Shown here: piece after piece, positions 25,893 to 36,900 of the stretch
Layout of the letters: each line of letters begins with the position of its first letter
Numbering within the stretch: position 1 is the first letter of the stretch
Origin: Callorhinchus milii
Taxonomy: Eukaryota
Length of the DNA: 43,556 bases
Reading direction: 5' to 3'
Assembly: GCF_018977255.1 (NCBI RefSeq)
Contig: NW_024705451.1
Coordinates: forward strand, 1 to 43,556
Notes under the pieces: generated by a model
Database searches by the model: none
Seen by the model: only the letters and a program-made list of their open reading frames with translations
What the model was told of the DNA's origin: nothing
Made by a program: the position numbers and the translations under genes

Positions 25893-27246
25893 CTGTACAG
25901 GTAACAACACACCCTGGTCAGAGTCCAACAGCTAATGTCTGGCAGTAAATCATAGCCTCGCCCTGTTCCCTTGGAGATTTCCACAGAAACTCAAGTTTAC
26001 CTGATATAAAAGTCCTTCTGGTCAGAGATCAATCCCTAAAGCATCAATTTCAGAGAGTTAGCAAACTGGCAAATGGGGACGTTTGGAGAATTTGTTTTCC
26101 TGCACAGTTGGTTGTGGGGTTATGAAAGCACTGGTGAGAATGAGGTTTCAGGCAGATTCCAGATTGGTTTTTAGACCATCACAAGATATCGATCTAAATG
26201 GAGTCAACTATCTAAAAAGGGGTTTGGGAAAAGAGCAACGTAAATGGGACTGAAAGGATTTTCATAAAAATAGCCACAGTCATCCTTCTTCTGTGCTGCA
26301 CATCAACATGTTTCTTTGTTCGTGAGTGTGGCACAAAAGATTGGATTCAGGGATTTACAAAAAAACTGATCAGTAAAGGAAGGAAAAAATATATTGGAAA
26401 CGCTCGTTTTTTTATTGTGTTAAATGTTATGAAGTTTCTCTCTCATTTTCTCTTTTACTTCTCACACAAACTCCCTCTGTCCTCTCTCAGTCATTGGCTC
26501 CCCCCTCTCGCTCTGTCTTACCGACACTCTTTTGTTCTCTCAGTTCCTCTCTCTCTATCACACTCATCTCCCACACCAGCCCTCCCTCCACTCACACTCC
26601 CTTTCGCCTCTCACAGTCTCTCCGTCTACGCTCTCTCGATAACTCACTCCTCCTTTTCTCCCTCTCTTTCACAAACACTCTCTCCTCCCACAATCTTATT
26701 CACTTTCTTTCACTCTCTGTCTCCATATCTCTGTTTCTTTCTCACCACCTCTCTCCCTCTCACCTCCTTTCTGTCAATCACTTTGCCACTCACATTTCAC
26801 TCACATTCTCACACACACTCTCTCACTCAATAGCTATCTCTTTGCCTCTGTCGTACAGTCACTCACTGCCAATCTCTCACCGCTTTGCTTATTCCCTCTT
26901 TCCCTCCCGGTCTCTGTTTCTTTCTCTCACCCCATCGTCTCTCTACCGCACTCTGCCTCCCCCTCTAACACACACACACTCTCCTTCTCACACTATCGAT
27001 CACTCACACACACCTGATTTTTCTCCCCCCTTCCCTCTCTTCCTGTCTCTGTTTCTTTCACTCATCTACACTCTCTCTCTCTCTATCATTCTCTCCCTAT
27101 TCCTGTCAACCATTCTTCCCTCCAACCTCCCCCTCTCAATTCTCACGCGCACTCTATTTCTTCTATCTTCTCATTCCAAGTGCTTAAAACCTGGTGTAAC
27201 TTTACTGTTTTGTTTCAGCCACAATCAGAGCTAATGAGAGACTCAC

Positions 27247-27328
27247 CGTCTTGTCTCCCCGCTGACTGAGCTGCGGTTCCTGCCTCTGGTTTCCGAACCT
27301 CTTCGTGATGTGGCTTCAGTGTTCTGGG
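27247..27328 (-). other. Candidate non-coding 5' exon, copy 4 of 4
   Basis: cctgtacag|...AAGACG|gtgagt; 82 nt, no ATG; GGAGATTTCC at 27409-27418. Confidence 0.5.
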
Positions 27329-28394
27329 CTGTACAGGTAATAACACACCCTGGTCAGAGTCCAGCAGCTAATGTCTGGCAGTAAATCATAGCCTCGCCCT
27401 GTTCCCTAGGAGATTTCCACAGAAACTCAAACTTTAACTGCTATAAAAGTTCCACTGGTCGGGGTTCAGTTCTTAAAGCATCAATTTAAGATAGAGAGAT
27501 AGCAAACTAGTAAATGAGGAGGTTTGGAGAATATGTTGTCATACACATTTGGTTGTTGGGTTACGGAAAGCTCTGGCGGGAATGGTGTTGAGGCAGAATC
27601 TATATTGGCTTTCAAAACATATCCAGATATAGATCTAAAAGGAATGAACTATCTACAAATGCATTTGGAAACATAGCAGGGAAATGGGACTGAAAGGATT
27701 GTTATCAAAAAGTGCCATCACATCCACCATAAGCTGAATAATCTTCGTCTGTGCTGTACATCTCTATGGTTCTTTGTTTGTAGGTGTGCAACAAAAGTTT
27801 GGCTTCAGGGATTTTCAAAATACCGAATGGGAAAGGAAGAAATAAACTTATTGGAGATGCCAATTTTTTTAATATTGTGGTAAATGCTGTGGATTTTGTC
27901 GCTCATTTTCTCTGTTTCCCCTCACACTCCCTCTGTATCACTCTCTCAATCACTCTATTCCCCCCCTCTCTTTGTTTCTCTCACACATTGCCTCCCTCTC
28001 TCAGTTACTCTCACACACACCCGTTCTCCCCACACGACATCACCCCTCTCTGTCTCTTTCCCCTCTCACACTCTCTCTATCTCCCTTCTCTCTGTCACTC
28101 ACTCCCCCTCTTCACTCTCCTCTTTCGCAAAAACTTTCTCCACCCACACGCTCAATTATTCCCTTTCACTCTCTGTCTCTGCTTTCTCTCTCTGTCTCGG
28201 TTTCTTACTCTCGCCACAGCCCGTCTTTCTCTTTCACTCCATCCACCATTTCTGTCAATCACTCTCGCCCTCTTTTCTCACTCACACTCTCACACTCTGT
28301 TTCACTTCTATCAGTCTCTGTAACAATCAATCTGTCTCCCCCTCTCTGTCTCTTACTCTCGCCCCACCCTCCCCAGCCCGTCTTTCTCTTTGTC

Positions 28395-31300
28395 GGGGAG
28401 CGGCGGCAGGAGAGCGCGGGGAGGAGCCTGGCCCTACTGACCCAGGTACTTAAACTCGACGCCGGAGCGAGTTCAGCCCCGGGGGAGGGGGTGGGGGGAG
28501 GTGTGGGGGCGGAGCGCGGGAACTGCGAAGTCATAGATTAGTTTTCAGGTGCGTGCGCGCGCACAAAAAAAAAAAAAAAAAACCCTTTCCCCCCCCAGGG
28601 CTCACATCAGAGCCCACTATGGTCCTGTTGCGTTTGCTGCCCCAATCTACGGGATAATGCCATCCACCTGACCGCTCGCTCCCGGTCCCCGCGTGCGCAC
28701 TATGGCTGCCGCTTTGACCCGAGCCCCCTCACCCCCTCCCTCCCGCGCCCCTCCTCTCTCCCCCAAACCCTCCCCCCTCTCCATCTCTCCCGCTCTCTCC
28801 TCCTCTCTCTCCGTCCCTCTCGTCTTCTATCCCCACTTGACCCTCCCACAACCTCCCTCTGCTCCAGCCTGGGAATCCTCCGCCGGGCTCACCGCGGCAC
28901 TCGGCGTTGGCTGTCCAGCAGCAGCCACACCGACTGCCCCATTCCCCACCACACTCGCCACCCACCCCGGACACAGACCCGGGGAGTCAACCTCTCCTCC
29001 CTTATCCCCATTCCCCCACCCCTGCCTCACAACCTGGACCCCCTCCCCTCCCACACACCCTTCTGTCAACCGCTCCCTCCACATCGGACTGCAAAATGTC
29101 CGCTCCCTCTGCAACAAGGCCCTGGTCATCAACGATCTCATCCTTGATAAGAACGTTGATATCATGGCCTTAATAGAAACCTGGCTCACCCCAGGCGACA
29201 CCTTGCCCTCACGGAGGCCACACCACCCGGCTACACCTCCCACCACATCCCCCGCCCCAACCGCCGTGGCGGTGGTGTTGCCCTTATCTCAAGGACACCA
29301 CTTGCCCTATCCCCCTACTCCACTGGCTCTTTCCCCTCCTTTGAGCACCTCACCCTCTCCCACCCCTCATTCCTCTCCCTTAAAATCCTCCTCCTCTACC
29401 GGCCCCCTAAAACCTCTCCCACCTTCATCTCTGACATTTCAACACTCCTCACATCTCTTTGCCTCTGCTCCGATCGCCTCATCATCCTGGGCGACTTTAA
29501 CCTACACTTCACACCCTCCTGCTCCATCTCCACAGACTTCTCTTCCCTGCTCTCCTCACTCAACCTCTCCTTACACATAAACTCCCCCACTCACAGTCAC
29601 GGCCACCCACTCGATTTGGTGATCACCCGGGGCCTCAGTGTCTCGGATGTCACTATTACCGACAAGGCCATCTCTGACCACCACTTCATCTCCTTCACCA
29701 CCTCCACCCCCCTCCCCACCTCCACCAGACCCACCACCATCTTCTACCGCCCTTGGAAGAAGTTACCCCCACAATCCCTAACCGATGCCTTGGAGTCCTC
29801 TGAACTCCTCTCCCTCTGGCCTTCAACCCTCACCGACCCCTCTTCTCCTCTCTCCCTCCTCCACAATACCCTCTCCTCCACACTCGATACTCTTGCCCCC
29901 ATCACTTCCCGCACTGTCTCCTACTCCCGCTCCTCCCCCTGGTACACCACCCACCTCCGCTCACTGAAAAGCCAGGTGCGGGCTGCTGAACGCACCTGTG
30001 TCAAATCTGGCCTAACGGTCCACCGACAAATCTGGCTGGACCTCCTCAAAATTTACCGCTCCACTCTAGCCTCGGCCAAGTCGTCCTTCTACTCCAGGAT
30101 AATCCTGGAGGCGAAGAACAACCCCAGGCTACTGTTTTCCACCACAACCCGACTCCTCCGTCCCCCCCGCCACCCCGCGCAGGTCATCTCCTCCAACCTT
30201 CACTGCGAGGAGATGCTGGATTTCCTTGAATCCAAGATCAAGGGAATCCGCTCCGCGGTCACTTCCCCTCCAACTTCCACCCACCACCCACCCCTTCCCT
30301 CCCACACTCCGACTCCTACCCATCCTCCCCTACACACCTTCGTACCCGTTTCCCCACCCTCTGTCACTGAACTCATCCTATCCCTAAAACCAACCACCTG
30401 CTCCCTTGACCCCATCCCCACTCCACTCCTTATCTCCCAGCTCCACTTTCTTGCCCCACATATCACTGACATCATCAACCTGTCCCTCTCCTCTGGCTCT
30501 GTCCCCATTCCATTAAAAACTGCCATCATCACGCCCACCCTGAAAAAACCCTCCCTTGATGCGTCGCAGCTATCAAGCTACCGGCCCATCTCCAACCTCC
30601 CCTTTCTCTCCAAGGTCTTGGAAAGAGTTGTCGCCTCCCAACTGCGCTCTTTCCTTTCCACCCATTCTCTTTTTGAACCCCTTCAGTCAGGTTTCCGTGC
30701 TGCCCATAGCACAGAAACTGCCCTGGTCAAGGTCACCAATGATATCCTGACCATCTGTGACCAGGGCTCCCTCTGTCTCCTCGTCCTCCTCGACCTATCG
30801 GCAGCATTCGATACGGTCGACCACGCTATCCTACTCCACCGCTTGTCCTCCCACCTCAACCTTCAAGGCACTGTCCTTGAATGGTTTAGGTCGTACCTTT
30901 CTCACCGTCTTCACTTTGTCTCAACGAATGGCTTCTCCTCCACCCCCCGTACTGTCTCATGTGGTGTCCCTCAGGGCTCTGTCCTCGGTCCCCTCCTCTT
31001 CACCCTCTATATGCTCCCCCTCGGTGACATCATCCGCAGACATGGAGTTAACTTCCACATGTATGCGGATGACACCCAACTCTACCTTTCCTCCTCTACT
31101 CTCAACTCCACGACCACCGATGTCCTGACAGCCTGCCTGTCCGACATCGAGTCCTGGACGAGAGACAACTTTCTTCAGCTCAACGTGCGAAAAACCGAGG
31201 CCCTCCTGATTGGCTCACGTCAGCGCCTCCGCACCTCAGGCGCTGACACCATCAGCATCCAAGGCTGCACTCTCCACCTCTCAAAGCCAGTCAGGAACCT

Positions 31301-32102
31301 CGGCGTTTTGTTCGACCCTGAGCTGTCCTTTCTCCCTCACATCCGCACCACAACTGGCACCGCCTTCCATCACCTCCGGAACATCGCCAGACTACGGCAT
31401 TACCTCACCCCTCACGCTGCTGAAACCCTGGTCCACGCCTTTGTCACCTCAAGGCTGGACTATGGGAACTCTCTCCTCGCCGGCCTTCCCGCCACCTCCC
31501 TCCACAAGCTGCAGGTCATTCAGAACTCTGCAGCTCGTGTACTGTCCCGCACCAGGCTCCGCGACCACATCACTCCCACCCTCGCTCGCCTCCACTGGCT
31601 CCCCATCCCCCAGAGGATTGATTTCAAGATCCTCATCCTCACCTACAAGGCCATTCACGGCCTTGCTCCCTCCTACCTCTCCGACCTACTATCCCCCTAC
31701 CTACCTGCCCGTACCCTCCGTTCCTCTGGCTCCGGTCTGCTCCACGTCCCCCGCCCCAACCGCCCTACCATCGGTGGTCGGGCCTTCAGCCTCTCAGCCC
31801 CGAGGCTCTGGAACTCTATCCCCCAGTGCCTTCGCCGCTTCCTCCCTTTCCTCCTTCAAGGCCGGTCTCAAAACCTTTCTCTTTGACCGAGCCTTCAGCT
31901 CCCCTCTCGACTCTCTTCCCCCTCCTCGCTCCCTCCCTTCCCTCCCCTTACCCTGACCATTTCCCCCCTCTTCGCTCCCTCCCTTCCCTCCCCTCACCAT
32001 TTCCCCCCTGCTCGGGTCATGACCCAACTGTGCAGCGCCTTGGGACGTCCTCCTGACGTGAAAGGCGCTTTATAAATGGAATCTTGTTGTTGTTGTTGTT
32101 GT
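28395..32102 (+). mobile_element. L2-clade LINE, probably full length and nearly intact (APE endonuclease + reverse transcriptase)
   Basis: APE motifs [54 protein letters not shown] motifs [58 protein letters not shown]; 3' stem-loop and (TTG)n tail. The 5' boundary is inferred from the abrupt switch to CpG-rich sequence. Confidence 0.95.
29078..31910 (+). pseudogene. L2 ORF2 with frameshifts at about 29208 and 31835 (a probable further one at about 29010-29075)
   Basis: Frame 1 (LHIGLQNVRS...PGDTLP) switches to frame 3 (TEATPPGY...), which is stop-free from 29211 to about 31835. The C-terminus [20 protein letters not shown] is in frame 1. Confidence 0.85.
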
Positions 32103-32523
32103 CCAATACCTTGTGACATCCTCTGAATATGAAAGGCAACTTACAAGTGTAATTTTCTTGTTGTGGCTGTAAAGGCTAACCTTTAGATATTCAGGTTTTT
32201 ACTGGTTTCTTTCTTCCTCAAAAGCTGACCACAAGCGAGATTGGCATGAACTGTTTCCACAAGATATTTCTTCTTCACGTTTATGCTGATGGGAAAACTA
32301 GAAGCCACAACAAACCCGCGATTCAGTGCCATACCAGCGCTTGGCTTTCAATATGCATGTGGTGACAGTCCAAGATGCATTGATTCGGGGGAAATGTGCT
32401 CTTAACCCATCACTGTGTGGGCACTTATTGGCTGTATTAAATTACACGTTCGCAGTGTAGATTATTTAGACAATCTGATTTTTCACAACTTGTACAGTTT
32501 TCCTGCAACTCGCACTTTTCCTC

Positions 32524-32910
32524 GAGTCCTACAGCTCAGTGGTTAGAGTGAGTGCCTCGTAAGTTTGACCACATGGATTCGATTCCCGGGCTGGTGAGGG
32601 CGATACCATAGGCAAATTTCCTTACTTGACAAGCATGGCTCTGTTTCCCTGGCAATAAATCGGAAGGCATTAGTTAGTCAATTGTTGGATCACTTTCCGG
32701 GGATATTTTTCCCTCCCCCCTGAATATATTCTGATCATAATTTACTCAATCAATCCACGGATGTTTGTGGGACGTCGATTGTAAAATTGACTGCCGCATT
32801 TCGCCCACAAATAGTGTCAATTTACTTAACAGTGTATTCTGTGAAACAGTTTGAGATGTTCCGAAGACGGGATGAGGCACGATATTAAATATAAGGATTA
32901 TTATTATTAT
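32524..32910 (+). mobile_element. Older, longer related tRNA-derived SINE
   Basis: gagtcctacagctcagtggttagag...ggattcgattccc head, diverged body, (ATT)n tail. Confidence 0.8.
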
Positions 32911-33914
32911 ATATTTCATCAGTCATATTAAATGATATGCTCCCGAATGATATGACTTCTGTGGTGTTTTAATGTAGAACATTGAGAGGTTTTGGGACTG
33001 CAAATATTTCCGTCTCATTTGTCTATTTCATACCTGTTAGGTCAGGCGGGAATCTTTTTCAAGGCCAAGGGTAGAGAGTGGCTACAGCTTCCAACAAAAT
33101 TCTTCCACATTTATCTGTCTGTCTGTTATTTATTTAAAATTCTGAACATTAGTTTCCTTATGGTTTGGGGGTTGTTATTGTGTACAGCGATTTAATCTGT
33201 GGAGTCCTGTACCATAGCAGTTGCTGCAATCACTGGTAATTTGAGTGATAATAATTGTAAGCCTTACATTTGATACAACGCCACTCCAAGCGCTTCACAG
33301 GATATATTGTGAAGTGAACTGACTCTATATATTTTGGGCAATATATTTGGGTGACGCCCAAGGGTATGGGCTGTTTGTGGCCACAGTGAGCAGTTTGGAT
33401 GACTGTAGTGACGGGATCAGCCTTTCGTACAGTGTCAATGTACTGTTCTCCTGGAGCCTCGGATAAAACATTACACTGTACAGTTTGCCCGTCTCCTCGC
33501 CCTGCGGTGGGGACAACGGCTACTGTGTCAAACTAAACCATTCTGTATTAATATTGTGTTTGTAACAACAACAACAACTTGGCTTTATATGGCGCCGCTG
33601 GTGAGTGGGAGGTTCCAAGAGCGCTGGACAGTGGCGGAGCTCGAGGCCGAGCCGAGGGTGGAGGTGACCGCAGGTCACTGTCCAACAGGAAGATCTTCAC
33701 CGCGTCCGGACATCGGGTCAGAAAAGCTTCGAGTCTCTGTCCGGATATTTCATTTCACCGACGTCCTGACAGAGAAGCCGTGGCGTCACTCACAGACACG
33801 AACCTCTTCCTGTCACGTCTTTCCTTCTGTTCAGAATTAATGAAACAATTATTTAATTATTAACAAACAATTATTTAATAATTATTTAATTAATGAAATT
33901 AAATAAATGATCGA

Positions 33915-36900
33915 TGTGTTCACTTGCTTCTGTCTGTCTCTTTGTGTCTCCGTCTGTCTGTGGTTGGTGACTAGTGGCTTATATTGGTTCCTCACTGTGA
34001 GTCTCTCTGTCTGTCCGTGCGTCTTCCTGTCTTTCTGTGTATCTGTCTCTGCGTTTGTCTGTGTCTCTGTCTGACTGTGTCTATCTCTGTCTGTGTGTCT
34101 ACCTGTTTGTCTGTCTGTCTGCCTGAGTCTCTGTACGTTGGTCTGTCTGTCTATGTGTCTGAGTTTGGTGACTAGTGGCTTACATTGCTTCCTCACTGTG
34201 TGTCTATCTGTCTTTGTGTCTGTTCGTGTAACGGTGTCACTCTCTCAGTCTGTCTGTCTCTCTCCCTATCTGTGTGTGTGTGTCTGTGTGAGAGTGTGTG
34301 GCTGGCGACGGAGGTTGGCATCGTCGCACTGCTCTCTCTCTCTCTCTGTGTCCCAATCTGTCTGTCTCTCTCCCTGTCTGTCTGCCTGAGTGTGTGTGTG
34401 TGTTTGTGTGAGTGTGTGGGACTGCTGACTGAGGGTTGGCACTGCCGCACTGTTCTCTCTCTCTCTCTCTCTCTTTCTCTGTGTGTCTGTCCCTCTCCTT
34501 GTCTGTATCTGTGTGTGTGTCTGGGGGGGAGCTGGTGACTGGGGGTTGGCATTGCCGCACTTTTGTCTCTCTCTCTCTCTCTATGTGTCTGTGTGTATGT
34601 GTGGGGCGTGGGTGCTGGTGACTGGGGGTTGGCATTGCCGCACTGTTCTCTCTCTCTCTCTCTCTATCTTTCTGTGTCTGTCCCTCTCCCTGTCTGTGTG
34701 TGTCTGTGTGTGTGTGTGTGTGGGGGGGGGGGGGTGGCTGCTGACTGGTGGTTGGCATTGCCGCACTGTTCTCTCTCTCTCTCTCTCTCTGTGTGTCTGT
34801 CCCTCTCCCTGTCTGTGTGTGTGTCTGTGTGTATGGGGGGGGTGGGGGGTGGTGGCTGCTGACTGGGGGTTGGCATTGCCGCACTATTGTCTCTCTCTCT
34901 CTGTATGTGTCTGTGTGTATGTGTGGGGGGTGGGTGCTGGTGACTGGGGGTTGGCATTGCCGCACTGTTCTCTCTCTCTCTCTCTCTCTGTGTCTCTCGT
35001 CGACTGACTTTGGCGCTTCTTTTTTTTCTCTAACTCGGCGGCTGCGCAGTGCCGTCTCTTTCTGTCCGCGCGCGGGACCGACGGTGTTTTTTTTGGAGCG
35101 CGGCGCCTGTATATGTATATTTGGTTCTGTGTATATCTGTGTGTACACATGAGTCTATGTGTGCCTGCGTGTGTGTTTGTATGTCTGTGTGTGTGTGTCG
35201 ACATGTGTGCCTGTTTGTGTGTCTATGTGTGTTTGTGTGTGTATGTGTGTCTCTGTGCGGATGTGTATGTGTCTCTGTGTGTCTATGTGTGTGTTTCTAT
35301 ATCTGTGTATCTGTGTGTGTGTTTCTATGTCTCGGTGTGTGGGTCTGTGTATGTGTCTGTGTATCTGTGTATCCACGTGAGTCTCTGCGAGTGTATCTGT
35401 GTGTCTGTGTGTGGCTGCGTTATTGTCTGTATATTTGTGTGTGTATGTAACTGTGTGTGTGTGTGTGTCTGGGTGTGTATGTCTTTGTGTCTGTGTGTTT
35501 GTCTGTCTGTGTGCGGGTTTCTGTGTATCTATGTGCATTCGGTTAATATAAATGCAGAATTAAGAATATTTTGCACTGATGCACTTAGAACTTCGGGATC
35601 CGGGGATTGTAAAATTGCAATATTTTTCCTGGGTTTGGGGTTAAAATCAAAATGCAAAGTTAATGCAAAAACGTTTTGATATACTTGATATTAATGCAGA
35701 TTCCGCAATGTTTTACACTATGCACTTAAATGTTATAACCCGTTTCATGTCTTTATACATTGTGGTTTAATAAACTGCTACTATTTAAACCCTGGGAATG
35801 TGAGGACTTTGCAAACCGATTACCCGTGTGTCATCCAGAGAGGGACTTATAATTACAATACAAAGTTAATGCAAAAAGCGGTTTATTTGCTTAATATTAA
35901 TGCAGAATTGGATATTTTGCACTGATGCACTTGAACCCTAAGGATTGGAGACTTAGTGACACAGACAGACAGACAAACAGACAGACACAGTGACAAACAG
36001 ACACACAGATACAGAGATACTGAGAGAGACACAGAGACAGACAGAGCCACGGGCATAGATTCACTGAGAGACACAGACAGATACGCACACGCGTAAAAAG
36101 TAAAAAGTGAGTGACTTCAAAAAATTTTTTTGGTTAAGCCGATGTTTCAATGGGTTTACAGTAAAATATGTGCCTTTATTTGTTGAGTTTGAAGCTGATT
36201 TTGTGCTGCAGAGAGTTGCTCAGTTTCCATTTCGTTTTAAGAGATTTCACTGACATTTGCTGTGTGTGGGTCTGTGCGTATCGGTCTTTGTGGGTGTGTG
36301 CCTGTATGTGTGTGTGTATGTGAATGTGGGTGTCTGTGTGTGTCTGTGTATATCTATGTGTATGTGTGCCTGTGTGTGTGTATGTGTGCCTGTGTGTATG
36401 TGTGTGTCTTTGTGTATCTGTGTGTGTTTGTGTGTGTCATTGGAGGTCTGTGTTTTTGTGTATCTGTGTGCGTGTGTATCTGTGTCATTATGTGCTTGTG
36501 TGTGTATTTGCTTGTGTATGACTGTTTGTGCCTGTGAGCGTCTGTGTCAATGTGTATGTGTATCTGTTTATCTGTGTGTGTGTTGGCTTGTATGTGTCTG
36601 TGTGTGCCTGTGATTGTGTGTGTCTATATCTATTTGTATGTGTGTCTGTTTATATCTGTATGTGTATGTCTCTGTGTGTGTTTCTGTGTGTATCACTGTA
36701 CGTGTGTATGAGTGTGTTTCTATGTGTTTCTTTGTGTGTCTGTCTGTTGCCGTGAGTGTGTCTGCCTGTGTCTGTGTGTCTCTATGTGTATGTGTGTGTG
36801 AAAGAAAGACTGAGAGATAGACTAAGTGAGAGAGACTCAGAGTAAGAGAGCCTGAGAGTGATAGTGACAGAGCATAACGTGTGGTGACGGTGTGTTTTGT

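Larger units (their letters stand above)
19400..28390. repeat. Diverged tandem segmental duplication (about 19400-24040 and 24310-28390), each half with two exon-like units, CR1 3' relics and CT-rich tracts
   Basis: Collinear anchors: ccatcatcagac (about 19409/24319), gaaagagaaagaaaatgg (about 19729/24628), atggaatgagca (about 20115/25058), gatcaatcaagttc (about 20469/25420), ctcagtcattggctc (about 21518/26486), aataatcttcgtctgtgctgtac (about 22768/27737). Confidence 0.9.

Noticed and set aside
34300..34995. CRISPR-like repeat-spacer array
   Set aside because: Spacers are related microsatellites, there are no cas genes, and the context is vertebrate.
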